Origin: Leptolyngbyaceae cyanobacterium
GTDB taxonomy: Bacteria > Cyanobacteriota > Cyanobacteriia > Phormidesmidales > Phormidesmidaceae
Length of the DNA stretch: 64,000 nt
NCBI GenBank assembly: GCA_965263355.1
Contig: CBDHHL010000049.1
Span: 184,059 to 248,058 of the forward strand
Direction: 5' to 3'
Shown: positions 8,865 to 17,985 of the stretch, one piece after another
Layout: every line of letters begins with the position of its first letter
How positions within the stretch are numbered: position 1 is the stretch's first letter
Program-made: the position numbers and the translations under genes
Notes under the pieces: generated by a model
What the model saw: only the letters and a program-made list of their open reading frames with translations
Database searches by the model: none
Told to the model about the DNA's origin: nothing

Positions 8865-10301
8865 ATGAATAAACTACGAATGATCGAGGCATTTCTCTAC
8901 CCAGCTGCCACACATCCCAACCGCGAGGAGCCAACGGAACACCGCCTGCAACTAACCAGTGCATTAGGCTACGACCAAGTTCTAGCTGCGCGCCGGGCGC
9001 GATCGCACGAAGTTATCACCGAAGCAAAGAAAGCAAACGTCAAAAAAGACAAAGACTCGCTTTCCCAATTTTTGGGAACGTACATCGATAAAATCTACCC
9101 GAACACTAAAGCCGATGACAAATGGTTAATCACTGAAGAGCTTCTGCAGCAGATAGCTGAGACCAACTCGCCATATAGAACCTACGCAAACTCGTTGCTC
9201 AACACGACTTACAGCGAGGAGAATCTCAAAAGGAAGAAGTACTATATCCAGAACAACAAGGTAACCAAAGTCTCAGACCATTCCAGTAATCCACGCATCA
9301 AGTATTACCGCTACATGGGCAAGATCTACAAGGTCACTACGAAGAAGGCTAATGCAGAGTTTCCCAAGAATATAGGGAGTCGACTTAAAAATCTAATCAC
9401 CATTCTCACCCCGAAAAACATAAAAAGGAATACGAAAATCACTACGAAAATCACATGGATAGATGTCTCTCCCACCGGCTATGACAACGAGTACGACGCG
9501 TCAATTCTTCTTTCCTATTCTTATAATAAAAATGTGTCTGGCAGATTTCATTGTCACTTGCACAAACAATATAACCAATTAAATCCAAAGCCAGGAAACG
9601 GCTGGGTTGTTTTCACAGACGGCATCACAATCGAACTTAACAGAGAAGACTGGAAACCGTGGGCGCTGGCAGCATGGGGCGATGAGTTTCAAATCTCAAA
9701 ATACGATAAATCTGCCAATGTTATTGACGCTATCGCCAAGAGAATCCAAAAAAGGCCCGGAAAACACAAGGTAGAGAAAGCACTCGGTCTCAATCAATAC
9801 AAGATCTCGAACCTAGACTTCGATGGCATACCAATTTATCTAAAATACACAAAAACCGGAAAGGTAAAAACGTTAATGGTAGGCAACATGAGTATCTTCG
9901 ACGTAAATATCAAAGGCACGTCCAAGAATACGATATCCAAAATCCGTAGTGCCCTGGATAAGTTGGCCACCTACAAGAAATTCGGAAACGAGATTATTAC
10001 CGCAACACTAAAAGAATTGGCTGATATGATAGATTCGAAGACTAATAACGAAACGAAAGTTGAGTTACACCCCAAATACTCATCCACCATCAATATTATC
10101 GTCACTGAAAATAAGTCCGGTCGCTCCAATATTATTACCCGACCGCTTTCTATAAGCCAACAAACGGGCAAACCCCTTCAGTTGTGGTATGGCAACGACT
10201 CCATCATCTTGACTGAAGACGCCTCAATAAAGCTCGAGAACACTCTAAAGTTGATCGCAGGTTATGAAGATCTCGTCAACAGGCTCCAAAACCCTAAGTA
10301 G
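8865..10301 (+). CDS. Lys-rich, AT-rich hypothetical protein with cluster-type N-terminal leader (putative cargo/effector)
   Basis: ORF 8799..10301; AGAGG RBS precedes ATG at 8865 (MNKLRMIEAFL). Body visibly A-rich versus upstream genes. Confidence 0.75.
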   Translation: MNKLRMIEAFLYPAATHPNREEPTEHRLQLTSALGYDQVLAARRARSHEVITEAKKANVKKDKDSLSQFLGTYIDKIYPNTKADDKWLITEELLQQIAETNSPYRTYANSLLNTTYSEENLKRKKYYIQNNKVTKVSDHSSNPRIKYYRYMGKIYKVTTKKANAEFPKNIGSRLKNLITILTPKNIKRNTKITTKITWIDVSPTGYDNEYDASILLSYSYNKNVSGRFHCHLHKQYNQLNPKPGNGWVVFTDGITIELNREDWKPWALAAWGDEFQISKYDKSANVIDAIAKRIQKRPGKHKVEKALGLNQYKISNLDFDGIPIYLKYTKTGKVKTLMVGNMSIFDVNIKGTSKNTISKIRSALDKLATYKKFGNEIITATLKELADMIDSKTNNETKVELHPKYSSTINIIVTENKSGRSNIITRPLSISQQTGKPLQLWYGNDSIILTEDASIKLENTLKLIAGYEDLVNRLQNPK

Positions 10302-10323
10302 CCATCATAGCGCAGCAGAGCCA

Positions 10324-10355
10324 GTAGGGTGCGTTACGGCACAACCTAACGCACC
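10324..10355 (+). repeat. GTAG-type REP palindrome (possible terminator)
   Basis: GTAGGGTGCGTTA-cggcacaacc-TAACGCACC, 22 bp after the stop of the last cluster gene. Confidence 0.75.
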
Positions 10356-10929
10356 ATCACCGAGATACTACGTATACTGCTTCCATAAACCTCATCATAG
10401 CCTCAAGATCCAATAACGCTCCCACTCCACCCCTAACCTACCGCCACCAACGCCCAACATGTCTTTCAATCAAACATCATCTGCAAAAAACAAGTAATGA
10501 TTAACAAGTAACAAGGGAGAGGTAGGAGTGGTGTTTAGGGAAATACTTATTGCTTTTGCTTCAACGTCTTAATACTAGCCATCAGGATTTTGATAATACC
10601 GTTTGATTCATCAATCACCGGGAAAAACCATCGTCCCAAAACAACCTCAGTGCAATTAATAACCTGCTCAAATAACAACACTCAAACACTTCCCTAAGCA
10701 CAATTAAAAACTTCGCAATAAAATCTCGATAAGCTCTAACCATCCGCACCGTAAACAGCTTTACTTGTTACTTTTCATTTGTTATTTATTACTTTCACCT
10801 TTCACCTCAAAACACCATGCCCCATCCCACCCTCCACTCCCTCAACGGCGAAAAAATCCACTTTCACAAAGCCATCCCAACAACCCCTGTCACCTTACAA
10901 CCCAAAACACCAAAACCACACCACCCTCC

Positions 10930-11286
10930 CAAGCCTCCGACTGTTTCTCCCTGATGGTGAACTATCAAGTCATCGGTCAATATGTGTAAAACAACGGTGG
11001 ACAGTTTCTGTACACGCCCCATCACCACAACAGCTTGGATGTGTGAGTCTGCTTACTAGGGCAGCCCAACTATCCTGAAACCCAGCTAGCCTATCAAGAA
11101 GCAATCGCTCAGCTGGGGTCAATAGCCCTGTGTCACTATCGTCTGGGCCACATGACGCAGGCCCTCCAATGGTTAGAGCGGGCATTGACGCTCGATTCTA
11201 CCTTTGTCCCTGCCCGTAAATTGCACGCCAGGATAATGCGATCGCAGCTACAACTACCCCGCCAACCCCAAATCATCCTCAACTAA
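10930..11286 (+). pseudogene. Remnant of a TPR-containing protein, probably of the SAM-dependent methyltransferase-TPR type
   Basis: One frame reads CFSLMVNYQVIGQYV*NNGGQFLYTPHHHNSLDV*VCLLGQPNYPETQLAYQEAI...ALCHYRLGHMTQALQWLERALTLD with two in-frame stops and a clear TPR. Confidence 0.55.
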
Positions 11287-11406
11287 ATAAAAGAACCCTT
11301 AACCTTGTATCATTAACCCCACAAAACAATCTAAGGTTGCTTGACCTTCGCTTGAATAAAATAGCCACTTCCCTCAGTTTCATTGCAACTGACAGACGAT
11401 ATTATC

Positions 11407-11660
11407 AAACTGTTTTAGCCTTGTTTGCCTGACTATTTACCTGACAAAACCTGACACTTTCTGGATAGTTTCTGCCATCGGATTAGGTAATAATAGAGCT
11501 AACACATTGGAGTCTTAGTCTTCAATTGAGCTTCTTTGGCTATTTGCAGGTTTAGCGGTAGCGATCGCAAGTTCTATCATTGCATCTACCCCAAACAGTC
11601 TTCATCAGTTAGTGAACGTCAGGGCGACTTTAGGGAGCCCTTTAACGTTATATCTATATA
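11407..11660 (+). promoter_or_regulatory. CCTGACA-box promoter/leader, copy A (upstream of PTPA/PEP-CTERM gene)
   Basis: Boxes at 11428, 11440, 11450, then CTGGATAGTTTCTGCC and TAATAAT. Alignable to copies at 16.7-16.8 kb, 17.0 kb and 23.0 kb. Confidence 0.75.
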
Positions 11661-11725
11661 TTTTGGCGCAACAGCGAATAGAGACGCTCGTTTTGTTTTG
11701 AGAATTATAGCAAGGATTTTATTAG

Positions 11726-12286
11726 ATGTTTAAACTCTCTGCAGGTTTTGGGATTGCAGCTGCTAGCCTGCTCGCACTTTCGGCGGCTCCGGCGGCGGCA
11801 GCTCAGTTTACGGCCTCCTATGACTTTGGTGGACCGGCCACCGACGGTGATGTGTTTACGTTTGATTTTGAGGGAATGATCAATGGCGATAATGAAAATC
11901 TGATTGAAGGCGTATCCTCTCTATCGAATTTTCAGTTAGGAGGTGTTTCTGTTTTTGACCCCGGAGATCCGGGTATTTTTGGTGGACCTTTTTCGGTGGT
12001 TTTGGATGTTCTCTCTTTTGATGGCACTGCCAACTCTTTTATAGCAACCAACCCTATTGCTACCGATGTGCTTGCATTCCAATCTGGTTTTGGTGCAGTT
12101 GTCCAATCTAATGCGGTTTTTGGACCCTCTGGTTTTTCTGTCTCTGAGAGTTTTGATGCCGCCCGATGGTCTGTGGTTAGCCCCCCTGCCACCGCCGTCC
12201 CCGCACCTGCCCCTCTCCCAGGAATCATCGGCATGGGCTTTGCTTTGTGGCGCAAACGCAAACTAGCACAGTCCGACAAATCGTAG
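11726..12286 (+). CDS. PTPA-CTERM / PEP-CTERM sorting-signal surface protein
   Basis: N-terminal signal peptide and C-terminal VPAPAPLPGIIGMGFALWRKRK (Pro motif, TM, basic tail). Confidence 0.85.
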   Translation: MFKLSAGFGIAAASLLALSAAPAAAAQFTASYDFGGPATDGDVFTFDFEGMINGDNENLIEGVSSLSNFQLGGVSVFDPGDPGIFGGPFSVVLDVLSFDGTANSFIATNPIATDVLAFQSGFGAVVQSNAVFGPSGFSVSESFDAARWSVVSPPATAVPAPAPLPGIIGMGFALWRKRKLAQSDKS

Positions 12287-12482
12287 TCAAGGCATCGACG
12301 CGCCTCCGTTAGCTTAGCTCAAGACCTGACAGACCCTTGAGCCAAGCCAGCTACCCAGCAGGACTACCTGGTAAGTCTCCAGATTTTGACACTGTTTGGT
12401 ATCCGCCATTCGGGAGCTGGTTTACCCCTCGGAGTGCGGTCTTTTACAACTAAAAGCTCATGACCAGTAACAGGTCTTCCAT

Positions 12483-13822
12483 TTACTTGGCATCTAAAAC
12501 GCGCAAAACCAGCCAACTTGGGATAGCGCACAATCCGACCCGGCTGTCGTGCTGAAACCACCGCAGCATAGATGGGCCATGCACTAAACGCAATGCTGTA
12601 AATTATAATAGGGAGGCCAATCAGTAAGAAAAGTGGCCAGAAAACAAGGAGTATCGCCACTACTCCCAAGACCAAAAAGATAGACCCTAAAAACAAGATA
12701 ACCAGCAACACGATTGCAGTAATGGCATAGTTCGTCGCCTCTATGGCGTTGGCCTTAACTACTGGGTCTTTAGTTCGCAGCAGGATCACGACAGGCACCG
12801 CCATGCGCAAAAGCCCTAGAAAATTCGCCTCAATTGAATCAGTAAACAGAACAATTAAAAGCAGGCTAGCCAAGAGGGAAACACAGCCATGGCCAATGCG
12901 GGCCTGACAAAACTTGAGGGGTCAAATCTTTGGTGGCGGTTCGTTGCCGATAGCTTCGCCCAGTCCTCATCGAAGCAGTCCTGTTTTTAAGGGGAGCGGT
13001 CGAGGACGAGAATTTGCCAGGGCGAGGTTTTGGCTGTAGGGGTGGTCTTGATGAGCTGAGGGTATCGGGGCTATCCGTAGTCCCATTGCTGTCGATAACG
13101 GTAGGTGCATTTTTTTCTGGGGTCGGGTTGATCAGGTCCCTCGGTAGGGTCTTCATAAAGTCTCGGGCCCAAGCTCGGGTGCTTTCGCGATCTGTCTTCA
13201 ACATTTCCTGACAGAGGGCGATCGCAGCCTCGTATTGCCCATTGCCTCTATAGGCTTTAGCCAGGCTGTTTTTACCCCAGGCATAGTTGGGGTAGCTGTC
13301 ATCGGCACCCCGGAAAAAGTCTTCCAGAGGTGCGATCGCGGCCCTATAATCTCGTTTCCGTAAATTCCTGATACCCTCTTCCAGAAACTGTTGCGCTGCT
13401 TCCGGGCTAAGGGGTTTTGTAGGGGCTAGGTGAGCCAGCGGATGGGGGGGAGTGGCAGAGGAAGCATCGGTGAGAGCCGCAGGAGAAGTGTGTTTCGGCT
13501 GAGGTTGGGTAGCATTAGCCTGGGCTGGCAGCTGTTCAAGCATCTTTGCGGCCCACTGACGAATCTTGGGATTTTCCACCTGGATGAGTTGCTGGCATAG
13601 GGCCTCGGCTTGGGAAGACTGTCCGGCTTTTAAGTGAGCCCGGACTAGCCACCCCTGAGTTTGAAACCGGTCTTGAGCATTGATTGTGGTCTCATCACAG
13701 ACCTGTTTAAAAATCTGAATCGCACTAAGAGAGTCCCCCTTTTTCAGGGCTTGGATCCCCTGCTGTAAAGAGGCTGCCACCTCCTTTTTGTTTGTTTTGT
13801 TTTGTTTGTTTTCGTGGTTCAT
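12483..13822 (-). pseudogene. TPR + DUF4870-like membrane protein, frameshifted (~12900 and ~12517)
   Basis: ORF 12866..13822 (two TPR-like modules) joins ORF 12364..12873 by a shift giving ...QVLS/IGHGCVSLLASLLL. KDPVVKANAIEATNY is DUF4870-like. A second shift gives RYPK/WLVLRVLDAK*. Confidence 0.65.
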
Positions 13823-13900
13823 TGTTAGTAACGTTAGAGCTAAACAAACTGCAAGATTAAACTCTCCGTAAAACGTTGCTCAATGAAATTTGAGCTTAAT

Positions 13901-13923
13901 TTGGTGGGCATTGCCCACCCTAC
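13901..13923 (-). repeat. GTAG-type REP palindrome
   Basis: Reverse strand GTAGGGTGGGCAATGCCCACCAA. Confidence 0.8.
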
Positions 13924-14102
13924 TACCAGACTGACGACAACGATCACCGAGCCGGCATAAGTGGTTATCTATTTGAAAACGCACGCAAGTCCGGCGCAGT
14001 AAAATTTGCAATTCCATTGAATTGACCACCACTGAAAACCTGTTGAAACTTGAATTCCACAGGATCGCCATGCCATTGGCCTATGTCTGTACCTGTCCGA
14101 AC

Positions 14103-16103
14103 CTATGATTGGGCCCGAAATTCGAAAGGCAATCCTGCGGGCTCGATACCTGGCCCTTTTGTCAAGCCTTGCCAAACGATGCTGTTGCTGTCAATCTCGA
14201 AATTTGCATCGCTGGCAACTTGAGATCCAATTTCAACATCTCTTGAGATTGTTAATCTACCATCAAAATCTGTTCTCCCCGTAAACCCAAATTGAATTCC
14301 GTTATGCGGCCCTTCTACAAACTCACCAACGCCATTAAATTGTCCAGTAGGAAATATTTGTTGGATCGAAAATTTAACGGCATGACCATGCCAAACGCCT
14401 GAATAGTCTCCTGGTCGCAATACATTCCTCACCATCTCCAGGGGAAGGTCGTCCGTCGGGTCTACAATGTCGTTAAATGATGATTCGGAGGCAGTTTCAG
14501 AGCAAGAGAGCGATTCCAGAGTCTCTTCGATTTCGCTCGGGAGAGTCTTGGAGGAACATACAACCCGAAAACCGAGACTGAAGTTTATGCCACAATAGCC
14601 CGGAGCGTAACTATCACGACGCGCGGACCGGCAATCCTCCGGCTCTCTGCTCCAGTAGCCGCCGCGAAGGATACGTTGGCTTGCCTGGGCGTAATCCGTA
14701 TCGCCTTGCTTACTTCCTTCTACCCAAGCACTGCCATCAGTGGGAGCGCCCTCATAGTTGTTGTGCCAAACATCTTCACACCATTCCAACACATTGCCGT
14801 GCATGTCATGGAGGCCAAAAGCATTGGCAGGGAAGATTCCAACCTTTGTCGTCTTTCCTCGCGAAACCCCTGGTTCACCATTACCATAGGGGCAGCCACC
14901 GTCGTAATTAGCTTGCTCGGTGCTAATCGTCTCACCAAAATAGAACGGGGTTGACGTACAGTCTTGGGTCGCTCTACAGGCATATTCCCATTCCGCCTCA
15001 CTGGGTAGACGATAGTGATCACCCGTATGTTTGGACAGCCGCTTACAGAACTCTACGGCTTCTAACCAACTCACTTGATCCACTGGTAGATCGTCTCCTA
15101 TGAACTGAGAGGGGGTATTCTTTAAGGGAATATCCACAGGGTCCAGCAACGATACGACCCGCCATTGTCGTTGGGTGATGGGGTACTTACTCATGTACAA
15201 GGCAGAAACAGTCACTTTATGCTGGGGACCTTCAGTTGACCACCTCTCTAGCTCAGTTTCAGGAGAGCCCATTAAGAACTCACCCTGGGGCACATAAACC
15301 ATCTCCAGGGGAACGTCGCCCATCGGGTCTATGGTGTTGCTATATGATGATTCGGAGGACGTTGCAGAGCGAGAGAACGATACAGATATCCCCGAGCCGA
15401 TCTCTGCATTTTGCTCCTCCTGCCACAAATAGTAGGCTGCCTCAATATCAGGATCGACATACCAGTCGTCGTCAGCATATGCCAGCAATCCTTCTGCCTG
15501 CCGGAGGGGATAGCCATAGTCCCAATTGTCTGACCACACAGGCCACTTCTCCCCATCCTCAATGCCTCCACTTTCTTCTAAGAATTCATCTATTGACGGG
15601 ATTTCAACGTGATCAGGATAATAAATGGCGATACACGTGTAGTGGCCCTCGTCCTTATGGAGACCCAGACGTATTCGAGAAGGATCGCTCTCGATCTCCC
15701 TTTCGCGATACTGATGCGAGATTTCCTCCCATGTCCTCGGCAGCGAATACCCATTTGGTTCGAGTTGGGTCTTGCTGTATTTCTGCATCATCTGGAGTGC
15801 AGTGTGAGCTTGTTTAAGCGTCAACCTTGCCCCACTTTGCAACTGCCTAATTAACGAATGGCCAAACCGCGAATCGTTCCCATTGAAGCCAATACTGTCT
15901 TCCAAATTTTCACCATCACCGCTTCCTGCTAAAAATAGAATTGCATCTTCTAAGCGGCGATCGAAATTTTGCTCGATACGTGCAATAATCTCATCAATTC
16001 GCCCTGCAATTTCTACCTTAAGAGCAAGTAATTCATCAATAACTCCTCTCCCTAATGAAGGGGCGATTTTGCCGGTTTGGCTTGGCTGATTTTCGTTGTT
16101 CAT
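14103..16103 (-). CDS. Multidomain formylglycine-generating-enzyme-like (FGE-sulfatase/SUMF1) protein
   Basis: EMVYVPQGEFLMGS, YRLPSEAEWEYACRA, NAFGLHDMHGNVLEWCED, RGGYW, LGFRVVC; extra N- and C-terminal domains. Confidence 0.85.
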   Translation of the reverse strand: MNNENQPSQTGKIAPSLGRGVIDELLALKVEIAGRIDEIIARIEQNFDRRLEDAILFLAGSGDGENLEDSIGFNGNDSRFGHSLIRQLQSGARLTLKQAHTALQMMQKYSKTQLEPNGYSLPRTWEEISHQYREREIESDPSRIRLGLHKDEGHYTCIAIYYPDHVEIPSIDEFLEESGGIEDGEKWPVWSDNWDYGYPLRQAEGLLAYADDDWYVDPDIEAAYYLWQEEQNAEIGSGISVSFSRSATSSESSYSNTIDPMGDVPLEMVYVPQGEFLMGSPETELERWSTEGPQHKVTVSALYMSKYPITQRQWRVVSLLDPVDIPLKNTPSQFIGDDLPVDQVSWLEAVEFCKRLSKHTGDHYRLPSEAEWEYACRATQDCTSTPFYFGETISTEQANYDGGCPYGNGEPGVSRGKTTKVGIFPANAFGLHDMHGNVLEWCEDVWHNNYEGAPTDGSAWVEGSKQGDTDYAQASQRILRGGYWSREPEDCRSARRDSYAPGYCGINFSLGFRVVCSSKTLPSEIEETLESLSCSETASESSFNDIVDPTDDLPLEMVRNVLRPGDYSGVWHGHAVKFSIQQIFPTGQFNGVGEFVEGPHNGIQFGFTGRTDFDGRLTISRDVEIGSQVASDANFEIDSNSIVWQGLTKGPGIEPAGLPFEFRAQS

Positions 16104-16214
16104 TTTCTTTATGCTGCTGTTAATCAGTCACGTTCTAAGAGCTAATTTCAAAGTTAGGCGAAAGAAACGAGAGCATACCCAAGTATGTCTTCTCGAACTG
16201 TCAACACCCAAAAT

Positions 16215-16403
16215 CTACACAGACAACAGCATACTGCTGCCAAATGCTCCCGCTGTTTTGAAAAACTGACGCCGTTTCAGACCGTGCTTGCGCTTGCATT
16301 GTGAAAGTTCAGATAACTCATTGATGGGTATGCTGCGACGATTAGCCAGGGTTGCGGTGCGTAAGGCTCGGGAAAATACACCAAATAATGGATTGCGTGC
16401 CAT
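16215..16403 (-). pseudogene. Truncated N-terminus of a Tat-exported protein, probably a flavin (monoamine-oxidase-like) oxidoreductase
   Basis: GGAGG RBS, MARNPLF... leader and twin-arginine KRRQFFK; ORF stops within the signal peptide. Confidence 0.5.
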
Positions 16404-16724
16404 GGTTTAATGTTACCTCCTGTAAATTAGGTTCAAAAAGGATTCAACACATTTCATGAGTTTTTTCACCGTGCCCGCATCTGAATCGAGTTTTGCGAGA
16501 CAGCACTATAGTTTATTAACAGCAATCTCTGCATGAGAAAATTAATGCAGAATGACTTCAGCGTTGGGGTTGGCACCCTTGAGCAGATGGTGTGGTTGGT
16601 CAATGCTGGGGTCAATGAACAAAACTGGGTGAGCGACTTCACTGTGAGGGGCAGACATGGAGCTGGAAGCGCGGCTTAGCATCTTCTTATGCCTCTTGAT
16701 ATTTGTGATTGCAGATGTTTGCCT

Positions 16725-16830
16725 TTACCCCCACTGTCATCAAAATCCACGGCAGAAACTACCCAGGAAGTGTTAGCTTCTGTCAGGTAAATTGTCAGGT
16801 TTTATCAGGTAAACAAGACTAAGACGGTTT
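16725..16830 (-). promoter_or_regulatory. CCTGACA-box promoter, copy C
   Basis: Reverse strand AAACCGTCTTAGTCTTGTTTA-CCTGATA-AAA-CCTGACA-ATTTA-CCTGACA-GAA-GCTAACA-CTTCCTGGGTAGTTTCTGCC. Confidence 0.75.
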
Positions 16831-17013
16831 AATTGGAAGTTGCCCAAGCGAAAATAGCGTGAAAGCATTACCTCATATGAAGAGGATAACGGCAGGTAAT
16901 CAGTCCTTCCTCAGGATAGTCATGAGAATTAAACTGGTGAGCCTGCGAAATTTTTGCCACAGCGCATTGGGGAGGAAAAACCGTAGAGATTAGCAGGCAT
17001 AGTATCGATATAA

Positions 17014-17077
17014 CCTGACATTTATCTGATAAAACCTGAAAATCTATGGCTATTTTCTGCCTAGACAGTTTGGGATA
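17014..17077 (+). promoter_or_regulatory. CCTGACA-box promoter, copy D (divergent; upstream of HTH-REC regulator)
   Basis: CCTGACA 17014, TCTGATA 17025, CCTGAAA 17035, then TGGCTATTTTCTGCC. Confidence 0.6.
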
Positions 17078-17113
17078 GTGAGGCCAACAAACATCCACAC
17101 CAGCGGATTTGTT

Positions 17114-17908
17114 ATGAACAAGGCTGAACAACTACTGTCATTTGCAGATACCCTGCTCAAGACAAAAACGGGGAACCAACTCAGCTATCTTCAGCGGCTT
17201 ATCCTAATCAAGGTTCTAGAAGGCGTCAAGGCCAGCTACGAGGACATTGCTGAAGCTCACAATTACTCGCCGCGCTACCTGCGCCAGGATATCGCGCCCA
17301 AACTCTGGAATGAATTTTCTCAAGTACTGGCCTGCAAAGTGTCGAAAAGTAACATTAGAGCTCTTCTGGAACGTGAGATGGAGGAGCAAGCAATTAGCCC
17401 TATGCCGTCCTTGCAAGAGGGAGCTTCCTCGGCGACGTCTGCCCTAGTGACAGAGTCCGAAAGAGGCGATATTCTTCTCGTCGATGATCAACTAGAGAAT
17501 TTGACGCTGCTAACTCATCTTCTAGAGGAGGTGGGCCATACCGTCAGACAGGCCATTAATGGATCCGTCGCTTTGCAAGCAATAGCGTTTAGCCCACCCG
17601 ATCTTATTTTGCTGGACATCAACATGCCTGATATGGATGGTTATGCCGTATGCCAAAACCTGCGAGAAAATACTTTGACTCATGACATACCAGTTATTTT
17701 TATTAGCGCCCTGGACGAATCCTGGGACAAGATAAAAGCCTTTTCAGTTGGCGGCAATGACTATATCACCAAGCCCTTCAAAACGATTGAGGTATTAGCC
17801 CGAGTCCAGAATCACTTGAAGGTAAGGCGGCTACAGCAACTGTTGAGAGCCACAGAACATGAGTTACAGGCGGTCCGACAGGAAATAGCAGCCTTAAGGT
17901 CGGTGTGA
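17114..17908 (+). CDS. Response regulator with N-terminal HTH and C-terminal receiver domain
   Basis: SYEDIAEAHNYSPRYLRQDIAPKLW HTH; ILLVDD, PDLILLDINMPDMDG, DYITKPF receiver motifs. ATG at 17114 preferred to GTG 17078. Confidence 0.9.
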   Translation: MNKAEQLLSFADTLLKTKTGNQLSYLQRLILIKVLEGVKASYEDIAEAHNYSPRYLRQDIAPKLWNEFSQVLACKVSKSNIRALLEREMEEQAISPMPSLQEGASSATSALVTESERGDILLVDDQLENLTLLTHLLEEVGHTVRQAINGSVALQAIAFSPPDLILLDINMPDMDGYAVCQNLRENTLTHDIPVIFISALDESWDKIKAFSVGGNDYITKPFKTIEVLARVQNHLKVRRLQQLLRATEHELQAVRQEIAALRSV

Positions 17909-17985
17909 AAATAGAGTGGCTGTACAAGGCAGTGAACCACTTCTGCCATCCGCAATTCCTTTTGTGGGCCGGATATTGGTGCTGC

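Noticed and set aside
1..10301. Assigning the first cluster to eCIS, T6SS, prophage or gas vesicle genes
   Set aside because: No recognisable sheath, tube, baseplate, VgrG/PAAR, terminase, capsid or GvpA motifs.
11599..11654. Calling the leader element a glutamine or cyclic-dinucleotide riboswitch
   Set aside because: I cannot see the consensus cores of those classes; left unassigned pending an Rfam search.
14550..14680. A complete diversity-generating retroelement
   Set aside because: No reverse transcriptase, accessory gene or template repeat in the window.
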